Both the position numbers and the translations under genes were made by a program. From Verrucomicrobiota bacterium (GTDB taxonomy: Bacteria; Verrucomicrobiota; Lentisphaeria; Lentisphaerales; Lentisphaeraceae), in contig JBDKFG010000012.1 of NCBI GenBank assembly GCA_039798785.1, positions 12,221 to 76,220 of the forward strand: a stretch of DNA of 64,000 nt. Direction: 5' to 3'. The notes beneath the pieces were generated by a model. That model did no database searches, was not told where the DNA came from, and saw only the letters and a list, made by a program, of their open reading frames with translations. This document shows, in pieces, positions 1 through 9,414 of the stretch. The stretch's first letter is position 1. Each line of letters opens with the position of its first letter.

Positions 1-1
1 C

Positions 2-2173
2 GAGATCGCCGAAGGCCGGGCCCGGGTCGCACGTCTCGAGTTCAAAGCCGCGGAAGAGGAACTCAAGCGGGTCAAGATCAGCGTCGAGAAGGGTTTCGCA
101 TCCGTCGTCGAACAGGCCGGAGCGGAGAAAATCCTCGCCGTCAAACAGGCCGGCGCCGAACTCGCCGAAGCCGAGCTGCTCATCGCCCGACTCCCTGCCG
201 AAGAAGAGGACATGCGCAGCCAGGAACTGGAGATCGCCACCATCGAGGCCGAGCTCAAGCTTGCCAAATTCGAAATCTCCCAGGGCGACGGCACCGCCAA
301 GCTCCAACGCCAGGCGGCGATGGCGAAAAAGGCCGTCCTCGACCGCATGATCGAGCAGGCCCGCGAAAGCGTCGACGGCAGCATCTTCCACGCCCCCGTC
401 GCCGGCTTCGTCCGCCACGGCGAACACCGCACCCGGATCGAGCCAGGGGTGAAGTTCTTTCCCGACTTCCGTTTCGCCTCCATCCCCGACCTGAAATCCC
501 TCGACTTTCACACTTGGCTTCCCGAGGTCGACCGGCCCTTCTTCGAGACCGGCGCCCCCGCCGAGATCAGCGTCTACGGCCGCGCCGACACCCGCCTCTC
601 CGGCAAGATCGCCGAGATCTCATCCCTGCCGATCGACCTGGCAGAACGCCAGAAGATCGGCTTCGGCCGCAAGGCCCAGCCCAGCGGCATCAAGGTCTAC
701 GAAGCCCTGGTCAAGCTGGATACCGTGCCGGATTGGCTCCGCACCGGCATGCACGCCGAAATCCGCCTCGCCGCCCGCGGCGCCGCCCGCCCCGCCGTCC
801 CCCTCTCCCTGATCCGGATGAACGGCGGCCGTCCCTGGCTCGCCCGCCAAGGCGTCTTCGGCGAAGTCCGCGGCAGCTCCGACGGCGGCTGGTTCTACTT
901 CGACGACCAGGATGCCCTCGGCCAGCGCTTCTCATCGGAAGGCACCTGGCCGGAAAACAACGGCGAACGCAGCGCCAACCCGGGCAAGATCCAGGCGGTG
1001 ATGGGAGCCGTCCAGGCTGCCTCGGCCGCCATCGTCGCACTGCCCGACGTCGCACGCGACAGCCGCCTCGCCTGGCTTCTCGACGAAGAAAGCCTGGTCA
1101 AGACCGGCGACCTGATCGCCAAACTCGACCGCCGCTCCGCCGAACGGGGCCTCGACACCGCCGAAAGCGAACTCGCCTCGGCCCAGGCGAAGCGCGACTC
1201 CGCCGCCCGCGACTCCGACATGGCCGGACGCGATCACGACTTCCGCAAGCTCCGCGAGGAAAACCAGCTGCAGCAATTCGTCCTCGAGCTCCGCAAGAAG
1301 AACGGCCAGGCCCCTGAAGACCCCTCGCCGAAGCCGCCCCTGAAACTCGGCGACATCGAGATCCCCGCCGGCGCCGAAAGGAAGGCCTTCCTCAAGGCAA
1401 GGCGCGACCTCTGCGCTGCCACCGCCGAACTCGCCGCCGCCAGCCTTGAGCTGCACCGCCTGCAGGCCCGCCCCAGCGAATTCGTCTCTCCCGCCGAACT
1501 CGAAAAGATCAGCAACGCCTGCCACCGCCAGGAACTCCTGCTCACCAAGGCTCAGATTGATCTCGCCCGCGCCACCCGCGGCCCGGCCCCCGAAGAAAGA
1601 GCCAAGGGCGACCAGGAATATTTCGAGAAGAAGAACGGCGCCTTCCGCTCGGTCCGGCGCGCCGCGATGGAGCTGGCGAAGAAGAACAAAGATCTGTCCC
1701 AGGCCGAAAGTGAACTGGCGATCAAGAAGAGCGAGCTCGCCGTCGCCCGCCGTCACCTCTCCAACGTCGAAATCCGAGCCCCCGCCGCCGGCCTTCTCCG
1801 CTATGAACGGATCTGGGACTCCGGCGCCCTCCGGCGCCCCTCCGCCGGAGTCGTCGTCCGCGACGGCAGTCGACTCTTCTCCATCCCCGACACTTCGCGA
1901 CTCGCCGTCGTCGTCCAGCTGCCGGAACACCGCTACGCCAAGATCAAGGTCGGGCAGAAGCTGCGCATCCGCCTCCCCTCCGACAGCAGCGCCGGCGAAC
2001 TCGAAGGCACGGTCCGCGAAGTCGGATCCCTCTTCGAAGCGCTCGAAACCCGCAGCTCGGGCGGCAACCAGGCCGAACCCCTCGGCGAAACCGTCTTCAC
2101 CATGATCATCGACGTCAACACTGCCGGCCGCAAACTCAAACCCGGCGCCTTGGCGGAAGTGATCTTCCCGTGA
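2..2173 (+). CDS. HlyD/RND-type periplasmic adaptor (membrane fusion protein) with two tandem MFP modules; 5'-truncated by window edge
   Basis: The frame is open from position 2 (EIAEGRARVARLEF...). It has two lipoyl/beta-barrel signatures: 'IFHAPVAGFV...LRTGMHAEI' and 'LVKTGDLIAKLD...IRAPAAGLL...LKPGALAEV', plus long coiled coils. Confidence 0.75.
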   Translation, partial: EIAEGRARVARLEFKAAEEELKRVKISVEKGFASVVEQAGAEKILAVKQAGAELAEAELLIARLPAEEEDMRSQELEIATIEAELKLAKFEISQGDGTAKLQRQAAMAKKAVLDRMIEQARESVDGSIFHAPVAGFVRHGEHRTRIEPGVKFFPDFRFASIPDLKSLDFHTWLPEVDRPFFETGAPAEISVYGRADTRLSGKIAEISSLPIDLAERQKIGFGRKAQPSGIKVYEALVKLDTVPDWLRTGMHAEIRLAARGAARPAVPLSLIRMNGGRPWLARQGVFGEVRGSSDGGWFYFDDQDALGQRFSSEGTWPENNGERSANPGKIQAVMGAVQAASAAIVALPDVARDSRLAWLLDEESLVKTGDLIAKLDRRSAERGLDTAESELASAQAKRDSAARDSDMAGRDHDFRKLREENQLQQFVLELRKKNGQAPEDPSPKPPLKLGDIEIPAGAERKAFLKARRDLCAATAELAAASLELHRLQARPSEFVSPAELEKISNACHRQELLLTKAQIDLARATRGPAPEERAKGDQEYFEKKNGAFRSVRRAAMELAKKNKDLSQAESELAIKKSELAVARRHLSNVEIRAPAAGLLRYERIWDSGALRRPSAGVVVRDGSRLFSIPDTSRLAVVVQLPEHRYAKIKVGQKLRIRLPSDSSAGELEGTVREVGSLFEALETRSSGGNQAEPLGETVFTMIIDVNTAGRKLKPGALAEVIFP

Positions 2174-2247
2174 AGCTCCCTGCCGATGGAGCCCTTCAAC
2201 GAACACGACTGGTCGGGCAATGGTGGCGCAGCTCCTTCTGAAATGCT

Positions 2248-2527
2248 GGGCGGGAATTGAACTCCCCGGTGTGCGCAGCGAGGAGTTCGGCGTCGCGGCA
2301 GCGACGGGGCGACAGGTGCCCTTGGAGATGCCTGGTGCGCGCCATTAGCGATCGCCGAAATGTCATCCTGTCGCATCGCGACGGCATTTCTCCTGCGAGC
2401 CATCCGAGGGGCCCCAAAAACCGGCTACACTCATGCCTTTGCTTAGCGATGCGACGAGCCACCAAGACCGTGCATGCATCTGCTTGTTTTGGACTTGCAC
2501 GCTCCGCATCTTGCAGGGGGTTCCCTG
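2248..2527 (-). repeat. Degenerate copy of the REPIN-like element at 62606-62928 (opposite orientation)
   Basis: Blocks ggagttcggcgtcgcggcagcgacg, atcgccgaaatgtcatcctgtcgc, ccggctacactca and tgcttgttttggacttgcac match the reverse complement of 62606-62840. Confidence 0.8.
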
Positions 2528-2557
2528 GACTGGTGCAGCAACCTGGACAGGCGCGGT

Positions 2558-4006
2558 TCAACCCGCCTTTTTGAGTTCGATTTTGGCCGGTGCCGGCAGC
2601 TTGCGCAGGTCGGACCAGAAGGGGCGCTCGTTCATGAAGCCGCCGTGGCCGGTGCCGCGGATGATCTGGTAATGGATACGCGGACCGCACAACTTCACCA
2701 AGGGGTCGAAAATTGCCGGCGGGCTGAGGGGATCCTGGTCGCTCGAATAAAGATAGAATTCGATTTCGGGAGAGGCCTTGAGATTGGCGGCTTCTTGCGC
2801 CGGATCAATCAGATCCAGAGGGCCGAAATCGATCGTGTCGGCGAGCTTCAAGGCCGGGCTGTTCATCGTGAAATGCGCCAGAGCCTCCTCCCCGAGGAGC
2901 CACTCGCGGGGGTCCGACCCTTCCTTCGCCATCCTGTCGAAGATCTCGGTGTAGAAATCGCTCAGGGACTGCTTGCCGGAGCCGTAACATTCGATGCGAT
3001 TGCAGACGGTGTTGAGGGGATTGCTGGGGTTGTCGATTTCGAGCTCGTCGATACAGACCGCCTTGACCACTGCCTCGAGGGCTTCGCGATGGACGGTCTT
3101 GCCGTCGGGGCTGATGTACTGCAGAATGCCGGCCAGCTGCGGCCATTCACTGTCTTCGGAAAGGAAGATCAGCCCGGCGTAGCCAAGACTGTGCCGGCCT
3201 TCGAGGCGCAGAGAGCCGAAGCTGAAGCCGTTTTTCGGATCGTCGAGATGCCGGCGAAGCACCTCAAGGCGGGAACGGCACTCGGGGTGGGCGGCGAGGA
3301 AGCGGGTCAAGTTGGCATGATGGGCGCGCAGTCGCAACTCGGCGTCGAGCTGCGGCTTGTCCATCGGGGCGTGGCCGTGCAGGTGCAGGCTGCTGATCGA
3401 GCCGGGACAGATCTCGAGATAGCGGTGGCCGATCATCGCGCCATAGCTTTGTCCGACGATGCACCAGCGCGAATCCTCGCCGTAAAGGCTGCGGCGCAGC
3501 GCCTCGGAATCGAGCACGATGGCGCGGCTCAGATAGAGGCGGAGACGCTTCACCGAAGCAGCGTCGGCGCCGTCGGGAAAGAGACTGCCGCAGCCGGTGC
3601 CGCGCTGATGAAGCATGACGAAGTCGCGATCGGGTGTGCGCCGCATCAAATCCATGTAGCCTTCTTCGGTGAAGGCTCCCGGGCCGCCGTTGTAGTAGAT
3701 CACCGGCTCCTTGCCGGAGGGCCGCCGCGCTTTGAGTCGATGCCAGAAGACCCGGACCCGCGGCGATGTCGCTTCGGCCCAGTCCTCCGGCACTTCGATC
3801 CATCCGTAATCCATGAACTTCGGCAGGCCCTTGAGGAATCGCTTCTGCCGGGCGTCGAGAAGCGGCAGGACTTCGTCATTCTTGAGAACGCGGACTTCAG
3901 CTTTTGCGGGGCTGCTCGCCAGCACCGGCGCGGACGTCTCCGCAGGCGCCGCGGCGAGAGAGGAGATCCAGCAGGAAGCAGCGAGAAGGAAAGTGAGAAG
4001 GCGCAT
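2558..4006 (-). CDS. Secreted alpha/beta-fold hydrolase (proline iminopeptidase-like)
   Basis: Signal peptide, 'YYNGGPG', 'QRGTG', nucleophile elbow 'GQSYG', and C-terminal D and H residues ('DQDP','GTGHG'). Confidence 0.8.
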   Translation of the reverse strand: MRLLTFLLAASCWISSLAAAPAETSAPVLASSPAKAEVRVLKNDEVLPLLDARQKRFLKGLPKFMDYGWIEVPEDWAEATSPRVRVFWHRLKARRPSGKEPVIYYNGGPGAFTEEGYMDLMRRTPDRDFVMLHQRGTGCGSLFPDGADAASVKRLRLYLSRAIVLDSEALRRSLYGEDSRWCIVGQSYGAMIGHRYLEICPGSISSLHLHGHAPMDKPQLDAELRLRAHHANLTRFLAAHPECRSRLEVLRRHLDDPKNGFSFGSLRLEGRHSLGYAGLIFLSEDSEWPQLAGILQYISPDGKTVHREALEAVVKAVCIDELEIDNPSNPLNTVCNRIECYGSGKQSLSDFYTEIFDRMAKEGSDPREWLLGEEALAHFTMNSPALKLADTIDFGPLDLIDPAQEAANLKASPEIEFYLYSSDQDPLSPPAIFDPLVKLCGPRIHYQIIRGTGHGGFMNERPFWSDLRKLPAPAKIELKKAG

Positions 4007-4688
4007 GGGCAATCCTAAGTCTCAAGGTTGAAAGGTTGCTAGGTTGAGGAGATGGCGGCTCGCCTTTCAATCTTTAACCTAATTTGGGCAAACCGAGATT
4101 TCGGCGGAATCGGCCCCTGGATTCGCCACGGACTAGGCAGCGCCAAGGACGCCATAGTAGCCCGGAAACCGACTCTGGCAAATGTCCCGGGCTCCTCCCC
4201 TCCTCCCGGACAAGAGTGAGCAATGCCGGGCGTGTGAGCGTCTGCCGCGCCTTCCGCAAGGTCGATCCGATCGCGCCGGACTCCGTGCCCTCGAATCTGA
4301 TCTTCCTGTCGGAGCCGTCGACAAGGCGACTAAGATTTGCGCTTCCCACAAGGAAGGAACCCAACGATCTGATCGAGCGCCACCATAACAAACAGCAGTG
4401 AGCGGCGGGCATGGCAGCCATGCCTCACATTCCAGCGGCAACCCGGCAGAAAAACGGTTACCGGACCTTGCGCTCTCCATTGCTCGAGCCAATTCATCAC
4501 GGTGAGCGTGAGTATCTTCTGGCCTGCCAGAAGATCAGCGGGGCGCGGCCTAGCGGACGCCGGTTCCGAGTTCTTCCAGACAGCGCTCGAGGGCGATAAG
4601 ATGACGGAGCTCCTGGACTCACGGGGATAGCGCCAAGCTATCCGCGCTTCGCTCACCGTCTTTATAGCACCTCAAGGTGCCCATGCGT

Positions 4689-5396
4689 TCACGGCGTGCC
4701 GGCCGTCTCAATCTCTTCTGAAAGGACGATCTCCGGCAACTTATCACGGGACGGAACGCTCAAGATGAGGGCCGCGGGATCCTCGCTATCCTTGGTGGGA
4801 TCACGACTGCACACGCCGTCAAGAACTCCAATCCTGTAGAGCTGTTCCTGCAGTGAGACATCCTCCCCCATCAAGATCAGCTTGCGGCTTCCTTTCTCGT
4901 CTGAGATGAGATCAAGGATTTCGTCGCTGCCTGAATCAAAGAAAGTGCCGTTTACCGCGAAGCATAAATCCCATGGCTTGGAAAGAAGTGACTGGACCTC
5001 AGTCTTGTTGAGATAGGGATGTCCGTTATCGATCCCAGTGTCTAAAATGACGACGCTCGAACCAGGAAGGCGGCGCTCAACGCCATCTGTAAAGGAACGA
5101 TAGATTCTGGCGCTGCCGGGATCCTGCTTCATGGTGACCAGCAAGATCCGTGGCCGGGCAGGGCCTTGGAGAACAGCGATCTGAGCAGCCAAGTGCTCTC
5201 CGCGAAGGCTGGCGGCGGCGTAGTCGTAGCCGTCTTCGTCCCGCCCGTCATCGGCAGTGATAAAGCCTAGAACTGAGAGTAGGAGGGACGTTCCTGTCGC
5301 TGCCAGCCCGGCGAAGCGGATCCGGGGACGTCCTGTTCGCGAGGCCATGTAGCAGGCCAAACCCATTACGAAGAGAAAGAGCGCGAGAAGATTCAT
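4689..5396 (-). CDS. Hypothetical membrane protein (two N-terminal TM segments), translationally coupled to upstream prepilin-type gene
   Basis: 235-aa ORF with an ATGA overlap at 5393-5396 and two hydrophobic segments at the N-terminus. Confidence 0.65.
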   Translation of the reverse strand: MNLLALFLFVMGLACYMASRTGRPRIRFAGLAATGTSLLLSVLGFITADDGRDEDGYDYAAASLRGEHLAAQIAVLQGPARPRILLVTMKQDPGSARIYRSFTDGVERRLPGSSVVILDTGIDNGHPYLNKTEVQSLLSKPWDLCFAVNGTFFDSGSDEILDLISDEKGSRKLILMGEDVSLQEQLYRIGVLDGVCSRDPTKDSEDPAALILSVPSRDKLPEIVLSEEIETAGTP

Positions 5397-6136
5397 GGTG
5401 CACCTACGATTTTGTTATTGGCAGGATCAACGTTGACGACATGGAAGCTGTCGGAACTGTATTTCCTGGCAGTATCCGAGGTGGTGCTGAATCGTTGTTT
5501 GATGCCGACGCTGCCGTCAACTCTCACGATATTGAAATCGACTTCGTTGGTGGCGGCGAAATGGCGACCAGTCGAAGCCGTGTCCCATTTATAGAGCCCA
5601 TAGGTCCCGAACTCCGAGACCAGCATCATCTTGCTGGGTTGGCGCACTGCGGCAAAGGTCTTGGTGGGATAGGGGTTGTGACCGCCACTATTTCCGGTGC
5701 CCATGACCCCTGAGACCCAGCCGATGTTGCTATTGTAGGAGGTGCCGCGTTGAGAGGCCAGCTTCCAGACTGCGTCGGCGGGACAATCGACCACTTTCAA
5801 TGCCGAGCTGGGATTGAGACCAGGATCGATGTAGGCATTGAGCTTTCTGTCCATCTGATTTTTAGAACCATTGCCGGCAAGCTCGGAGCTGCGCCCGAAG
5901 GCGTCATTGATGTTGTAGCTGCTGGTATTGGTTTTAACTGGGCAGGTCGAATCCCGATTGTTGCGAGCGAAGAGAAAATGAGCGGTATGGAGCTGCTTGA
6001 GATTGCTGGCGCAGACGGCGATCTCGGCTAGCCTTCTGACCTTCATGAAAGATGGGAAAAGCAAAGAAAAGAGGATGCAGATGATGCAGATCACCATGAG
6101 CATTTCAATCAAGGTGAAGCGGCTGCGGTTTCTCAT
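5393..6136 (-). CDS. Prepilin-type N-terminal cleavage/methylation protein (PVC DUF1559 / H-X9-DG-like)
   Basis: Starts MRNRSRFTLIEMLMVICIICILFSLLFP, has 'CASNLKQL', and ends with 'RH...NIVRVDGSV'. Start trimmed to the ATG at 6136. Confidence 0.85.
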   Translation of the reverse strand: MRNRSRFTLIEMLMVICIICILFSLLFPSFMKVRRLAEIAVCASNLKQLHTAHFLFARNNRDSTCPVKTNTSSYNINDAFGRSSELAGNGSKNQMDRKLNAYIDPGLNPSSALKVVDCPADAVWKLASQRGTSYNSNIGWVSGVMGTGNSGGHNPYPTKTFAAVRQPSKMMLVSEFGTYGLYKWDTASTGRHFAATNEVDFNIVRVDGSVGIKQRFSTTSDTARKYSSDSFHVVNVDPANNKIVGAP

Positions 6137-6173
6137 GATCGGGCTCCATGGGGTTGAACGAGGTTCGAACCCG

Positions 6174-6200
6174 GTATGCCACACGGAATCAGGTTTTGAC
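6174..6200 (-). promoter_or_regulatory. Putative ECF-type promoter GTCAAA-N14-GGCATAC
   Basis: The same bipartite motif with identical 14-nt spacing occurs at 7872-7898 and 12885-12911. Confidence 0.6.
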
Positions 6201-6345
6201 TGGCTTCCGGAAATCTTGATCATCCCTGAACTCAAGGGCGAGGAGCGGACTGTTTGAGCATCGGCGACCGGAAACGCCTGCAAGTCGGCATGGAGCCCAA
6301 GTCCATCCCGGCACGGCTTCCCCAGTCGCACGATTCACATATCAT

Positions 6346-7791
6346 TCAGGCAGGCGGCCGCTTGAATTCGGCGGTATGGACCACCTGGCCCTTGACATCG
6401 CGCAGCTCGAACTTGAGGAAGGAAGCCTGCGCCTCTGGACGCAGGGTCACGGCGAGGAAGCCGCCCTTCACGCGGTGGAACTTGTGGTAGTCCTTGTTCT
6501 CGCCAGGCGAACCGCCGGCGTGCTCGTCGCTGGCGGGACCGCAGCTGAATTCGCGCACCTTGGTCTCGGGGTGGATGGAGTGGTATTGCCAGTGGCGGTC
6601 GCCGCAGATGACGAAGAAGTTGTCCGGCACATGTTGCTGCATCCATTGCCGCAGCTCGTCTCCTTCATGCTGGAAACCAAGGTTGGCGTGGTTGTCGTTC
6701 TTGCCTTTACCTCGGTCGGGACCGACGAGGGGAGTGGGGCTGACTAGGATTTTCCAGGTGGCGGCGCTCTCCAGAACGGTGCGCTTGAACCACTCCTTTT
6801 GCTCCTTGCCCCAGATGGTCTTGTCCGGACCGTCGTTCTGAGTGTTGGGTGAACGGAAATCGCGTCCCTCGGTGAACCAGACCTGCAGGTCCCGCCCCCA
6901 ACGCACCGTGCGGTAGTCGACACCCTCGCCTAGGGGGGCCTGCTGCTGGAAGATCGCCTCACCCTCGGCGAAGGTTAGTTCGCCGAGCTTCTGGCCGGGC
7001 CAGGCGTCGTTCTTGACGGTGTCATGATCATCCTTCTGCCAGTAGGTGGCGACGCTGCGGTTGAACTCCAGCAGGCGTGGCAGGCTGAACATGCGTTCCC
7101 AGTGGAAGCGGGCGAGGCGGGGGGTGACGGCGCTGGGGGCATCGCTGTCGTAGTAGACCAGATCGCCGGAGAGCACGGCGAATCGCGGCTTGAGGGCGAG
7201 CATCGAGGGGTAGATTTCGTGACCGTCCTTGTGGTCGCGGTCGGGGTAGCCCTGGCAGGTCATGACGCAGAAAGTGAGCTCGCTCGGCTGCGTTGGCGCG
7301 GTGGCGGTTTCGAATCTGCCGCGGAAACTGCCTCTGATCTCGCCGGAGCCTGGCTGGGCGGCTTCGGCGACATAATAATAAAGCGTCGAGGGTTGGAGAT
7401 CCTTGAGGTGGAAATGATGGGCGAAGTCGCTCTTCTCGCCGACCTCGACCCATTCACAGATCTTGGCGTCCTGCAGGTCCTCGCGTGGGCCATAGCGGAG
7501 CCGGAGGCGGCCGGGGGTGCCGGGGCAGGCACCTTCGAGCTGTTCGACGGGAACCGGGATGGCTTTGGCGGCCTTGTGCCGACCAGGAATGAGCAGGCCG
7601 CCATTGTTGCGCAGAGGCTCGGCGGTGAGCCGGGCCCAGACGATGGCGGAACTGGCGGTGACCTCGCCAACGCGGGTGCCTGTGGCCAGGTGCGGGCCTG
7701 AGCCTTGAGCGGGAGCTGCCCGGGCGAGAAGAACCACAGGAAGGACCAAGGCGGACGACCCTTGGAGGAAGAGGCGGCGGTTGATGCTCAT
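6346..7791 (-). CDS. phoD: Alkaline phosphatase D family metallophosphoesterase, Tat-exported
   Basis: Tat motif 'NRRLFLQ' and PhoD motifs 'GDLVYYD', 'KDDHD', 'GDRHWQY'. An AGGA RBS precedes the ATG at 7791. Confidence 0.85.
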   Translation of the reverse strand: MSINRRLFLQGSSALVLPVVLLARAAPAQGSGPHLATGTRVGEVTASSAIVWARLTAEPLRNNGGLLIPGRHKAAKAIPVPVEQLEGACPGTPGRLRLRYGPREDLQDAKICEWVEVGEKSDFAHHFHLKDLQPSTLYYYVAEAAQPGSGEIRGSFRGRFETATAPTQPSELTFCVMTCQGYPDRDHKDGHEIYPSMLALKPRFAVLSGDLVYYDSDAPSAVTPRLARFHWERMFSLPRLLEFNRSVATYWQKDDHDTVKNDAWPGQKLGELTFAEGEAIFQQQAPLGEGVDYRTVRWGRDLQVWFTEGRDFRSPNTQNDGPDKTIWGKEQKEWFKRTVLESAATWKILVSPTPLVGPDRGKGKNDNHANLGFQHEGDELRQWMQQHVPDNFFVICGDRHWQYHSIHPETKVREFSCGPASDEHAGGSPGENKDYHKFHRVKGGFLAVTLRPEAQASFLKFELRDVKGQVVHTAEFKRPPA

Positions 7792-7871
7792 GGGATTCCT
7801 GTGAATCAGGGTGCAGCTGCTGCGATTTTTCATGATAGGCCCTCATTCAGGTTGAACGAGGTTCGAACTAG

Positions 7872-7898
7872 GGATGCCGCGGGAAATCAGGTTTTGAC
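7872..7898 (-). promoter_or_regulatory. Putative ECF-type promoter GTCAAA-N14-GGCATCC
   Basis: Lies within a ~135-bp segment duplicated from 6107-6238. Confidence 0.55.
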
Positions 7899-7961
7899 GC
7901 CCCCAAATAATCTTAATCGTCCTCCTTTTGAACTCAAGGCCACGGTGAAGATCGTCAATTC

Positions 7962-9320
<1,359 letters not shown>

Positions 9321-9360
9321 GATCGTCTCCTAGCTTAATTAATCTATATGAATGAGAGGC

Positions 9361-9398
9361 GCCGCGCAGCGCCTGGACGAAGCAGGCGCTGGCGCGGC
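9361..9398. terminator. GC-rich hairpin between DUF6288-like gene and sulfatase
   Basis: gccgcgcagcgcctg-gacgaag-caggcgctggcgcggc, with no clear U-tract. Confidence 0.4.
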
Positions 9399-9414
9399 AG
9401 CATCAAAGATCACT

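Noticed and set aside
6160..6175. tRNA T-arm-like GGTTCGAAC (also 7860-7869)
   Set aside because: No cloverleaf, D-arm, acceptor stem or CCA. It is part of the duplicated leader segment.
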